DNA of 64,000 bases from the IMG/VR virus record IMGVR_UViG_3300037722_001025, positions 1 through 64,000 of that record. The stretch is one strand, 5' to 3'. The position numbers were made by a program, and so were the translations under genes. The first letter of the stretch is position 1, and each line of letters begins with the position of its first letter. Positions 47,814 through 57,059 of the stretch are shown piece after piece. Under the pieces are notes generated by a model, which worked only from the letters and a program-made list of their open reading frames with translations, had not been told where the DNA came from and ran no database searches. This DNA is from a virus.

Positions 47814-48026
47814 TTCTTTTCTCCTTAAATGGAAGTCCTGCATTTAGAGGGTCTGTTGCAACGGGAACAAGGGTGGGCCTTCGTGGCGTTGTAGATGAGG
47901 ATCCCTTTCTCGGGGTTCAGTTTGAATTGAGGGCAAAACTGCTTGAATTTCTCGTCAGGGGTGTAGGTCTTTTTAATCAGACCACCCAAGGCTTTAAATG
48001 GCTTGTTCATCAAAACCTCCAGGAAG

Positions 48027-48063
48027 CGTCTGGGGTCGATGTCTCAAGCATCGACCCCAGACG
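48027..48063 (-). terminator. terminator-like hairpin
   Basis: 15-bp perfect stem CGTCTGGGGTCGATG / CATCGACCCCAGACG. Confidence 0.7.
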
Positions 48064-48070
48064 GTTGTGA

Positions 48071-48823
48071 TCAGATAAGTTCGAAGTGGATTTTACCGTC
48101 AGCTTCAATCTTCTTGCACTTGTCGGCGCGATTTTTGATCAACCAGGCAATGTGGCTTTTGACACGACTGACGGTAGTTTCGGTGTCTTCAGCGTGCTTT
48201 GTGAGGGTCTTGTGAGATTCCAGAGACACATCGATTTTGCCGTTCTGCATCGTGAGGTAAGATTGGGAGAATTTGCTGACGGGGCCAGTTTTCGGACGAG
48301 CCGCTCGGGCAGTACCGCCGGAAGCAGAACTGGACTTCTTGCCCTGGGGGGCCTGGGCTTTCCGATGCTCGGTCAAAGTTTTGCAGGCTTCAGCACAGTC
48401 CTTGAACTGCTTGACGCAATCCTGGCAGTAGTCGGAATTCAGATCGAACGAGCCGAAGATTGCCGGGTCACATGCGTCGGGGTGTGATTCAGCGAGAACC
48501 TTGACGGCTTCAGCGACCGCTTTTTCTTTTTCAGCATCAGCGGCGCCGACTTTTCCAGCTTCTTCTGCCACGATCTGAGCATCTTTGGCGAGAGCGGCCG
48601 CCTCTTCTGCGAGAGCAGTGGCATCTTTGGCGAGAGCAGTACCAGCACCGTTCATTTCAACGACTCGACGTTCTTCGTTTTGCCGACGTTCTTCAGCGGC
48701 GTCCTGTTTCAATTCCTCCTGGTATTTCTCTTCGTCACTTTTCAGAGCGACGGGATTGGGGGTTTGGGACTTCTGATCTTTCTCAGCGGAACGACGTTGG
48801 GAAGCTGAAGTTCTTTTTGCCAT
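48071..48823 (-). CDS. early protein: Ala-rich coiled coil, Cys microdomain and winged-helix-like C-domain
   Basis: C-domain aligns with 57594-58088 (SKF...QN..ID..LE...R.KSH...KN). Confidence 0.65.
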   Translation of the reverse strand: MAKRTSASQRRSAEKDQKSQTPNPVALKSDEEKYQEELKQDAAEERRQNEERRVVEMNGAGTALAKDATALAEEAAALAKDAQIVAEEAGKVGAADAEKEKAVAEAVKVLAESHPDACDPAIFGSFDLNSDYCQDCVKQFKDCAEACKTLTEHRKAQAPQGKKSSSASGGTARAARPKTGPVSKFSQSYLTMQNGKIDVSLESHKTLTKHAEDTETTVSRVKSHIAWLIKNRADKCKKIEADGKIHFELI

Positions 48824-48882
48824 GATACTCTCCTTTGCAAGTTGCGCCCTTTTACTCGGGCTGTTGAATTACTCTTGTATAT

Positions 48883-48910
48883 ATAATAGCAGTTAGAAAT
48901 AAGAATGCAA
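48883..48910 (-). promoter_or_regulatory. class I (early) promoter
   Basis: gcTTGCAT-16 nt (ending TGC)-TATTAT. Confidence 0.75.
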
Positions 48911-48943
48911 GCAGGAAATAACAAATTTTCATCCGAAGTGCAT

Positions 48944-49249
48944 TTATTTTCCCCTCATTCTGAAAGTGAGGATGATAGCATCACCTTCGGCACTTATACA
49001 GTTGAAATTGGGGTGATCGGTAATTCTACACACGGCACTTTTCAGGATGAGGGTGTTTTCAACTTTGGCTTTTACCACCATCCCATAATCATATTCCAAC
49101 CATACATTTGCCTTCAGCCCAAGATTGGGAAGGAATTTATTTTCGATTTCTTCAAGTAAGGATTCATTTGTCTTCGAGGTGTCAGTTGACAGAGCAAGAA
49201 GGCGGTTGAATTCTGCGGAAGGCATTACTTTGTGATCGGAAGCGCCCAT
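48944..49249 (-). CDS. hypothetical protein
   Basis: SD AAGGAG. Confidence 0.55.
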   Translation of the reverse strand: MGASDHKVMPSAEFNRLLALSTDTSKTNESLLEEIENKFLPNLGLKANVWLEYDYGMVVKAKVENTLILKSAVCRITDHPNFNCISAEGDAIILTFRMRGK

Positions 49250-49617
49250 GATGTGTCTCCTTTAATGACGACAAAACGTATACAAGAAAGTTGGTTCTCC
49301 GTGAAAGGCGCAAAGTTCTCAAATTCTTTGTTGGGTATTTTGAGGGAAATGTAAGCATGTCGGTAATAGCAACCTGATACACCATATTCAAGTTCAGCAT
49401 AATCCCAACAGTTAAGAAAACTACGTATATAATCAGCATTTTTTGGGGTGATAGTCAAACCCCTAAACCATTTAAACCGCACATATTTCGTTCTCTTTTC
49501 ATTGTAATCGGGACTTGCACCCAATAAAATGGAGACGATATGAACAGCAGGATGACGGGTTCTTGGTATTTTTTTCATAGTTTTAATCCCCGAAAACGTA
49601 AGCGAGGTCATCGACAA
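49225..49617 (-). CDS. hypothetical protein
   Basis: Operon tiling; start uncertain. Confidence 0.45.
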   Translation of the reverse strand: MSMTSLTFSGIKTMKKIPRTRHPAVHIVSILLGASPDYNEKRTKYVRFKWFRGLTITPKNADYIRSFLNCWDYAELEYGVSGCYYRHAYISLKIPNKEFENFAPFTENQLSCIRFVVIKGDTSWALPITK

Positions 49618-49996
49618 TCTGGAGCACTTGGGCTATCCCACATAACCCGAGTTTGGCATACATGTGATTGCACTCCAATTCTAAATAAACTCCAGTGAGT
49701 TGTGTCTTGTTCTTCCACTGGGGCCTGCCTTTGATCATAAGCTCTGGCGCCCATGTTCTGCCTTCATCACCTGTAACTAGAACAGGTGTAGCCTTTTGTG
49801 TAACACCGTCGAGGACAACTTCTGTGCTGGGGAGGAAGAGAAACCCTACACCATTAGATACGGTGCGGAATTGAAGATTGTTCTCTTCGGCAAATTGGTG
49901 GAGCTTTTTATTCCTCAAGTGTGAACTCCCCAGCTGTTTGAATGTTGGTGAAAAATAACAGCACCATTGAACCAGATACCTTCTTCTTTGCCCCAT
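49583..49996 (-). CDS. hypothetical protein
   Basis: Operon tiling; start uncertain. Confidence 0.45.
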   Translation of the reverse strand: MGQRRRYLVQWCCYFSPTFKQLGSSHLRNKKLHQFAEENNLQFRTVSNGVGFLFLPSTEVVLDGVTQKATPVLVTGDEGRTWAPELMIKGRPQWKNKTQLTGVYLELECNHMYAKLGLCGIAQVLQIVDDLAYVFGD

Positions 49997-50211
49997 TTGT
50001 TGATGTGGCAGACTGAGAAGCCGAAGTCATGGTTATCATTATTGTCCTTGTAAAGCCTCACCTTGATGTCCTCATCAGAATACTTACAGAGGTAGGTAAA
50101 AGACTTCATGAGTTCGGGTAAGCAGCCTTTTTCTTGAGCGAAAGCTACCACCTCAGCAAAATGGATGGCGTCGATGATCTCCAGATTGTGGATAGGATTT
50201 TTGACTGGCAT
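49915..50211 (-). CDS. DUF4120-like protein
   Basis: FGFS...WFNGAVIFH...WGVHT C-terminus. Confidence 0.55.
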   Translation of the reverse strand: MPVKNPIHNLEIIDAIHFAEVVAFAQEKGCLPELMKSFTYLCKYSDEDIKVRLYKDNNDNHDFGFSVCHINKWGKEEGIWFNGAVIFHQHSNSWGVHT

Positions 50212-50214
50212 AGA

Positions 50215-50436
50215 TTATACTCCTTCTTTTAAAGCGAGGGTAGATACTTCTTTAATCACCGCAGTTTCGGCAGACATGCCATACCCTGCGTCCGAATAAG
50301 TGTCGATGAATTTCTGGGCAATAGGTTTGGAGTTGAATTTCAGGACATACTTAGGATCCTTAGTGATCTGAACACACTGATGGGCTCTTGAGAAACCACG
50401 CACTTTGCCGCATGGTAATTCGATGTAGAATGGCAT
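50215..50436 (-). CDS. hypothetical protein
   Basis: Operon tiling. Confidence 0.5.
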   Translation of the reverse strand: MPFYIELPCGKVRGFSRAHQCVQITKDPKYVLKFNSKPIAQKFIDTYSDAGYGMSAETAVIKEVSTLALKEGV

Positions 50437-50510
50437 CCTCTTTGTTCCTCTCTTGTTTGGGTTGACTCTTCGAATCTGGGCTGGATATACTCCAGCCCAT
50501 CTTCCAAAAA

Positions 50511-50810
50511 TCAGTCATCCTGAGTGATCATTCTCGTGGGTGCAAGTGCGATCTGGGAAAACACCGTGTTGTGGAAAGGACAGTTGTAGACGCAAACCTC
50601 GAAAACGGTATCCTCAGGCCATTCTTGATTCCAGACAGTAGTTTCGGTAATTTCGGTGACAATCACATTCTTGGTGAAATGAGAAGGAATGGCAATTACG
50701 GTATCCGTCTTTGAGAGATAAAACCCAGGACCGTTGAACGCCACGTTCAATTCTTTTTCAAACTGTTTCTTGGTCATGAACTGTCGCCAATCTGGCAATA
50801 GTTGGTGCAT
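50511..50810 (-). CDS. hypothetical protein
   Basis: SD AAGGAG; promoter upstream. Confidence 0.55.
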   Translation of the reverse strand: MHQLLPDWRQFMTKKQFEKELNVAFNGPGFYLSKTDTVIAIPSHFTKNVIVTEITETTVWNQEWPEDTVFEVCVYNCPFHNTVFSQIALAPTRMITQDD

Positions 50811-50859
50811 AACTACTACTCCTTCTTTCGAGGGTTGGTGTTGCTGATCTGCTATCTAT

Positions 50860-50887
50860 ATAATAGCAAAAATACAGTACCTTGCAA
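50860..50887 (-). promoter_or_regulatory. class I (early) promoter
   Basis: gcTTGCAA-16 nt (ending TGC)-TATTAT. Confidence 0.75.
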
Positions 50888-50936
50888 GCGAAAAACTATC
50901 ATTTGTACCCCTCCCAATGAAATAATTTACCCTCTT

Positions 50937-51257
50937 TTAGCCTATGATCTTACCGAAATTGTAAGACATTTTGAATGACCGACCCGCTTTCAGATATCGA
51001 TCTATGAGCCAAGTGTATTGGGAATTAACGCCTTCAGGTAACGGCTCTAAATCTTCGTCAAGAAAGACGATAGCTTGGTGACCCATATTCTGGCATTTTA
51101 CGATTTCAGCGAGAGCTGAGTGGATATTCAGTCCAGAAACCCAAGTCTCTCGTTTCACTCGACCAGGTACGTAGTGAACAACATTCAACCTGGATCCGAA
51201 TTCATCGAATTCTTCTTGAACCTGGGCTTTGGGGATCTTGTATGCACGGCGTTTCAT
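50937..51257 (-). CDS. hypothetical protein
   Basis: SD AAGGA. Confidence 0.55.
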   Translation of the reverse strand: MKRRAYKIPKAQVQEEFDEFGSRLNVVHYVPGRVKRETWVSGLNIHSALAEIVKCQNMGHQAIVFLDEDLEPLPEGVNSQYTWLIDRYLKAGRSFKMSYNFGKIIG

Positions 51258-51269
51258 TTCGGATTCCTT

Positions 51270-51614
51270 TCAAGGGCTTTTTCGTAAGAGAATATCATCC
51301 AGAACCAATTCTTTGTCTTTACTGAATATTGCAGCAAATATGGAACTTGCTGCAATTGCGAGTACAGGACTGATACTCACCACTCTCTCAAGAGCTTTCT
51401 CGTAAGAGATGACTCCACCAGGAAGACCAGATTCAAGGTCAGATTCGAGGATCTCAGTTAAGAGGACAGGGTAAGCAGTTTTTCCAGTCTTCTTGAGGAG
51501 TTTTGTTCTTGCAAGCGAACGGACAGCAGAGGGAGGATATTTGTCGGGATTCTCTCCGGTCCATTCGTCAAGCTGTCCGTTTACAATGATGGTTACATAC
51601 TTGTTCCGAAGCAT
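51270..51614 (-). CDS. hypothetical protein
   Basis: Start re-assigned to 51614 (AAGGAGG). Confidence 0.55.
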   Translation of the reverse strand: MLRNKYVTIIVNGQLDEWTGENPDKYPPSAVRSLARTKLLKKTGKTAYPVLLTEILESDLESGLPGGVISYEKALERVVSISPVLAIAASSIFAAIFSKDKELVLDDILLRKSP

Positions 51615-51625
51615 AAATTCCTCCT

Positions 51626-51886
51626 TTAGTCGTTTTTGATTTCGATTACGGGACACCCATGATGGACAGAAACACCAGTCATACTGGGGTATGTCTGCAT
51701 CATGTATTGGATAAACGTTTTAGGGAAACGCCCCATATACTTGATTCGAATCAAGGTGTAGGTAGAAGCTCCAGGACCAAAAGTAAATTGTTTGTCAGTA
51801 CAAACAACTTCTCCTTGTTGGGTCAGCATGATTTTGAGGATTTGCTCGTCGCTGGTCATACTCGTTTTCTTCATAACGGTTCTCAC
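51626..51886 (-). CDS. hypothetical protein
   Basis: Operon tiling; promoter-like sequence upstream. Confidence 0.5.
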   Translation of the reverse strand: MRTVMKKTSMTSDEQILKIMLTQQGEVVCTDKQFTFGPGASTYTLIRIKYMGRFPKTFIQYMMQTYPSMTGVSVHHGCPVIEIKND

Positions 51887-52248
51887 TTTCTCTGAGGGTT
51901 GATAAGATATTCTTTAGTATTATGATAATAACATCGGCATATATACCTACAAGTGAAAATATCAGAGGTGTTTATTTTTCTTTTCCGAAGTTTCACATTC
52001 GGATGGTTATGGTTACCTACGGCCCAACCTAAATAATTTCAAGGATCTACCTTATAGGTAATTATCACGGCAGGCTCCTGGTGGTCAGAAGGCAATACAA
52101 AGCCCAAAGGAATGGGGAGAACTCTCGTCCTCCCCTAATGAATCAGACTTTCTTCAGTGCGGCAGCCAGGATTCGTTTCTGTCGCCGATTGATCGGAAGC
52201 TTCTGCTGTTGACGTTCTTCGATGGCTTCAGCCAGTTTCAGCACCTTC

Positions 52249-52545
52249 TTACTCAGTTTCATTTGATCCTCCTCTGTGGATGATAGATTCGATTTCTTCG
52301 TCGGTCAACTTCTCTAGGTCAGACTGTCTTACATCTGGATAACCTTCTTTTTCAACACAATTACATCTGGGACAGGACAGTTCACTCTTGTGGTGAATAA
52401 ACTCGATAGGAAAACAACAGTCACACTCCCAGAACAGGGGATTAGTATAAAAACCCTTTCTTTTATGGGAGATTCCACATATTGAACACATTGTAGAATT
52501 TCCAGGATGAAAATCTAACTTCTTGCTATAGAATTCCTTTTTCAT
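52249..52545 (-). CDS. zinc-ribbon protein, paralog of 42374-42685
   Basis: FYTNPLFWECDC...; SD AAGGAG. Confidence 0.65.
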   Translation of the reverse strand: MKKEFYSKKLDFHPGNSTMCSICGISHKRKGFYTNPLFWECDCCFPIEFIHHKSELSCPRCNCVEKEGYPDVRQSDLEKLTDEEIESIIHRGGSNETE

Positions 52546-53256
52546 GATTTCTCCTTACACCGTGTTGATTTCGAAGAGAACAGCCATCATCAGGGTCAAG
52601 ATCAATAAGATCAGTATCCAGGCGAGTCGGATATTCTCCTGACGATCTTGCTCCTTGTCGCCCAACTGTTTCTCAAGAAAACGCTCTTCCATGATTATTT
52701 TCCTTTCTTTGTGTGAACTGCCCTATGACCTGACACCCATCCTAATTCCCACTCTTTCCACTCTTTACTATATTTTTTATAAGGGTTAATTGCTTCATAA
52801 CCATCATTTACCCATCCCTCCCATCCATCCTTATACGCTTTGTTTATTGCTTTTTCCATAAATGGATTCCTTCCTTAGTTATTCAATCTTTTTACCACAC
52901 ATAGCACAAGTTATATGTGGTCCCACTTTGGTTTCAAAATAGTGTTTACATGTCGTCTCCCCAAATAGAATATTCTGATCTAATACTATTATGCATAGGT
53001 ATCAGATACTTTCAAGTAAAAATCAAGAGGAATACAAATAATTTGACCTACAGGGGGTTTTCTCTCAGAGCGTGAAGAGATAGAGTATGAGGGTGTATTT
53101 ACCGCTCTCAGATTTGCTCTCTCCGCTGTTCCAAATGCTCTTGTGTCGATTCGTACAATGAGAGATTCAACGTTGGTGCCGACGAGATTTGAAAAGCCTA
53201 GGGACCGCCTAGATTATATAATAAGGAAGGGAGCCTATACCGACTCCCTTCAATGT

Positions 53257-53556
53257 TTATTCAAATTCAACGCAAGAGGAGGCACGATCGAAGGCGAAAA
53301 TGATTTCAATCTCGACGCTTCCGGGAGCCCAGGTCCATTTGCAGACAATGAAACCACCACTTGAACTGCGGGTATTATCCCGATCACTTGCCATCACCGA
53401 ATTAAACAGGTCACCGACAGTGGCTTTCAGTTCGGCGACGGAAGGAAACCCATTGGGGTCCTCGACGCCAATCCATGTACGGTTGGTTGCTTTCATGTGC
53501 TCCGCAATCTTTTCGTAATCGATGCGGGCATTGGCTCGAAGAAATGCTTGGTACAT
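53257..53556 (-). CDS. conserved phage protein
   Basis: IDYEKI..HM....W...P....LK...SSGGF motif; SD GGAGG. Confidence 0.6.
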   Translation of the reverse strand: MYQAFLRANARIDYEKIAEHMKATNRTWIGVEDPNGFPSVAELKATVGDLFNSVMASDRDNTRSSSGGFIVCKWTWAPGSVEIEIIFAFDRASSCVEFE

Positions 53557-53847
53557 AGAAACCTCCGTTGTGAAAGTTACCTGCGGAAAAGAATGTTACA
53601 ACACCACAACAACCACACCAGGTGTATTGTGAAGAGTCCGAGTCCGACAACGTTGATTAACAGCATGTTAACCTCCCTTAGGTTGATTTGTATTCTTCCA
53701 GAAAAGCTTGCTCCAGTTTCTGGATCGTTTCTTCATCAGTTATGAGGTATTTCTCCTCAGCATTCACCCATCTACCTGCACAACGATAGAATAGACGACC
53801 GTGGAACTTGAGATATTCTTTTTGCTGGCGTCGGTTAAGTGTCGGTT

Positions 53848-54390
53848 TCATATGTAGTCACTCGGAGAACCGTAAGGATCTTCGTGGTATTCATTATACA
53901 CGGTAGCATCGAAGGTGTCGAAAGTTTCCTTCTTGATGAACTGCCCACAAGACAGAAATTCATCGATCATAGATTCAGCTTGTTCACCTACTCCGTGAAG
54001 CCAGCCATCTTCTTTCTCACTGTCCCAGATGAATTCGTATTCCTCACCGGATTTAGCGGTGATTCGAAGTATTGTGACCCAGCAGGGAATGTCGATGACC
54101 ACTTTGTAAGCATTGGGTCGAAGGTTATCTAGAGCATCATCGGTACAAGAACAACGACCGTCCTTGACAATATCACCACAGCCAGAATCAATCCCATCAG
54201 GATCATCTTCCCAATTATACCAGCAGACGGTGCCGTCGGGCCGGGGAGGTGTCTCTTCGAAACCTTGTTCCAGCATAATGTAGCCTGTCCAGATATCTTG
54301 CTGGGTAGGATCGGCAGGATTGAACGTCCGACTCTCATGGGTTCCGATGTTTTTCAGAATGTTTTGGAGATAACTCAGATTCTTGGACAT
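53848..54390 (-). CDS. acidic hypothetical protein
   Basis: Long ORF, SD AAGGA, promoter TTGCGG-16-TATCAT upstream. Confidence 0.6.
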   Translation of the reverse strand: MSKNLSYLQNILKNIGTHESRTFNPADPTQQDIWTGYIMLEQGFEETPPRPDGTVCWYNWEDDPDGIDSGCGDIVKDGRCSCTDDALDNLRPNAYKVVIDIPCWVTILRITAKSGEEYEFIWDSEKEDGWLHGVGEQAESMIDEFLSCGQFIKKETFDTFDATVYNEYHEDPYGSPSDYI

Positions 54391-54656
54391 AACAGTGATC
54401 CTTTCATCTTCTAGAGGAAAAAGAAAACATCTCTTTACATTGTTATGATATCAGAGGCAGCTATCACCGCAACAATAAAAGCGAGGTGACAGCATTTTTC
54501 TCAGCCTTACAAAACAGTGAAATGAAACGTTATATAGAGTAGATACCAGGTCAAACAAAATGATGCAACCACACAATATTGTTGATATCCTTGTAAATCG
54601 TGCTATAATCAAAACAGTAGAAGAGACACAACTAACCACGAAGGGAGACAAGGATC

Positions 54657-54845
54657 ATGGGACAGAAAGAAATTGATACTTACAAGGCTATAGGATACAC
54701 GGAAGAACAAGCCAACCTCCTTGACAAGATCGATGATTGCTTCGAGGAAGCTGTCAAGCTGGATATGTTGACAGGTGATGAAGCAGAGGAAATTGGCAGA
54801 TTCTGCGGCAAGATCATGGGTCCCAGGCTGCTCACCAAGCAATAA
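54657..54845 (+). CDS. hypothetical protein (plus-strand islet)
   Basis: Promoter TTGATA-16-TATAAT at 54582-54609; SD. Confidence 0.55.
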   Translation: MGQKEIDTYKAIGYTEEQANLLDKIDDCFEEAVKLDMLTGDEAEEIGRFCGKIMGPRLLTKQ

Positions 54846-54859
54846 GAAAGGATAAGAAC

Positions 54860-55108
54860 ATGGGACAGAAAAGGATAAACAAATTAGGGGTGGATTGTGA
54901 AACTCATGATAAAAAAGAATTAATTGGTAGGTTAGGTAAATTAAAAACAACAGTTACGGTTGAAGATGGTGGAATGTACCATCAGGATAAAGAATATTCT
55001 CAAATATGGATAGATACAACGATGACGGAAGAAGAATTGGATTGTTGGCTTTTTGAAACCAAATTTAAAGACGCTATTCCAATAGGTGTATTTGTCAGGA
55101 AAGGATAA
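54860..55108 (+). CDS. hypothetical protein (plus-strand islet)
   Basis: SD AAGGA; starts MGQK like its neighbour. Confidence 0.55.
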   Translation: MGQKRINKLGVDCETHDKKELIGRLGKLKTTVTVEDGGMYHQDKEYSQIWIDTTMTEEELDCWLFETKFKDAIPIGVFVRKG

Positions 55109-55112
55109 GGAC

Positions 55113-55313
55113 ATGTTGGTATGTTCTCAATGCGGAAACACCGAGTTTATTATAACCATAGAGGATAAGGTATTCATAACCGATCTCCTTTTCACCTCTG
55201 ATAAGAAAAAAGAGATCAGAGAGGTGGTAGTGGTCACCTGATCAAAATGCAACAGAGAGGAGGATATTGCGGAAGACGGAGAATTGAAGAATTCCTTTCT
55301 TGCTAGGATTTAA
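55113..55313 (+). CDS. zinc-ribbon protein with in-frame TGA at a Cys position (selenoprotein or pseudogene)
   Basis: MLVCSQC...VVT[TGA]SKC...; TGA at 55239-55241; frame stays open to TAA 55311. Confidence 0.45.
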
Positions 55314-55959
55314 GAAAATGTGAGAACAAACAGGGGAACAAGTAGAAGGAGGAATCCACAGGAAAATAAAAAAATTTCAAAACAAACACTCAAACAACCT
55401 AGTATACCTACCTTCTTGTACTACCCCTGTATGCAAGAGATGAGACTAGAGTATAAGTATACCTATGGGTGGTAAGGTAGTAAGGTATGGGTACTTAGGA
55501 TATCAAGGCTTTATTGATGGATACCAAGGCTTAAATTCTTAACAGGCTTCGACAGGTATCTAATGGAAACACTGGAATTTTCTTCAACAGGTGCTCCTGC
55601 CTCCACATATTACATTCGTTACGCGCCTACCTGAGGAATAATCTCACATTCGGGGCTATGCGGTCACTCAAGGATATTCGGTAGCGGCTCCTAGGAAGGA
55701 GAACGGATATCACACATTCGGGCGGTCATCGGGACCCTCGGAGCCGCCTGGAGTCCTCCAAGGAGCCACCACCCATTTATATAACATGGAGGTCTCCAGG
55801 CGGTGCCTTGGCGGTCAGAAGGAAGGAGCTATCCTTACACGTTGCTTCTTACATACTCTCAGAGACTTGTCAGACAGGTGGCACCTTGGAGGTCAGGAGG
55901 AAGGAGGAGTCCAAAGGAAAACCCGGCCTACTGCACCGAGTTCCTTATAGGATATCAGA

Positions 55960-56163
55960 TCAGAGGTCTATCTCAAAGAACGAGGTGCATTCCTCATCCT
56001 CTTCAACTTCTTTCAGCTCAGGGACAGGGGCATAAACAGGGACTCGGTATTCCTCACTTTGCTCACGTTCCTGACGAAAGCGTTTATTCATCTCATCATA
56101 GAAGGAACCCGGCACAGGCGTACCATCTTCGAATGTAGTAGGGATGTCAGAATAGTCGGTCAT
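55960..56163 (-). CDS. acidic hypothetical protein
   Basis: ATGA overlap with the upstream gene. Confidence 0.5.
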   Translation of the reverse strand: MTDYSDIPTTFEDGTPVPGSFYDEMNKRFRQEREQSEEYRVPVYAPVPELKEVEEDEECTSFFEIDL

Positions 56164-56375
56164 GACGGGATTCCTTTCTTCTGATTTCTTTGCTCTTCCC
56201 GAGCCATGAACTGCATGGTATCAAGAGCATCTTGTTTGTCATCGGTGTAGTAGGTGCGATCTTCTTGGTATTTACCGTTAACATACACCTTGATGGAATG
56301 TTCATCAAATTCTGTATCATAGTGGTATAGAAACCTCACATTACCGACAACAATCTTTGCTTTCGTAGAAGCCAT
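56160..56375 (-). CDS. hypothetical protein
   Basis: Start MASTK with AAGGAG inside the 43-bp repeat; YYTDDKQDA motif. Confidence 0.6.
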   Translation of the reverse strand: MASTKAKIVVGNVRFLYHYDTEFDEHSIKVYVNGKYQEDRTYYTDDKQDALDTMQFMAREEQRNQKKGIPS

Positions 56376-56663
56376 AACGTTCTCCTTAGGAAAGAGTGAT
56401 CCGGTGGAAGTGACCTCCCGTCGTGATTTGTACATACTACATTTCACCTTCCTGTAATTTCATTTATACTCCTCAATAAAAGTGTAGCAGATCGGACAGC
56501 ACAACCCAAAGGAACGAATGCTAAGCGGTGGACGTATAAGCTGATCGCGCTTGGTAAACGTTTTACAATTAGGGCAGGTAACGGAGTCCTCGTTCGCGTT
56601 ATCTGAATCGATCGGTAATTTAGAAGCCATAACGTTCTCCTTAAGAAAGAGTGATCCGGTGGA
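56366..56663. repeat. 43-bp direct repeat (56366-56408 and 56621-56663) containing RBS and start codon
   Basis: TAGAAGCCATAACGTTCTCCTTA(G/A)GAAAGAGTGATCCGGTGGA, one mismatch. Confidence 0.9.
56460..56630 (-). CDS. small zinc-ribbon protein (56 aa, not in ORF track)
   Basis: MASKLP...CPNC...CPIC; SD AAGGAG. Confidence 0.6.
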   Translation of the reverse strand: MASKLPIDSDNANEDSVTCPNCKTFTKRDQLIRPPLSIRSFGLCCPICYTFIEEYK

Positions 56664-56799
56664 TGTTCAAGTAACAGACATAAGACAGACCCATCAAGGC
56701 AACAACTTCATTGTACTGTTTGACAGTACGTGGGTTAACTTTACCATGTTTGCAACGCAACAGAGCTTTCGAGTAATTGGGACATGCGGAGCAGTTCAT
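56641..56799 (-). CDS. small Cys-rich protein (52 aa, not in ORF track)
   Basis: MNCSACPNY...; SD AAGGAG; ATGA overlap. Confidence 0.55.
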   Translation of the reverse strand: MNCSACPNYSKALLRCKHGKVNPRTVKQYNEVVALMGLSYVCYLNIHRITLS

Positions 56800-56942
56800 G
56801 AGGGATTCTCCTTGCTGTTGATAACTTCATGATAAATTTGAGCAGCCACAGCGTAAGAACAATTGCCTAGGCGCATGATGAATTGAATCTTTAGATTTCT
56901 TAGATCTATGGCTTCAACAAATCTTTTGTCTTCATCTGTCAT
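56796..56942 (-). CDS. small protein (48 aa, not in ORF track)
   Basis: SD AAGGAG; promoter GTGACA-17-TATACT at 56992-57020. Confidence 0.55.
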   Translation of the reverse strand: MTDEDKRFVEAIDLRNLKIQFIMRLGNCSYAVAAQIYHEVINSKENPS

Positions 56943-57059
56943 TTGTCAACTCCTTGTCAGTGTTCACGGTGAAAACTTCTTTTACAGTATCAGTATAGCA
57001 AAGGTATTTGCTCCTGTCACAAATAAGTTGATTCCACTGCATTTTTATTCGCCAGCTGG

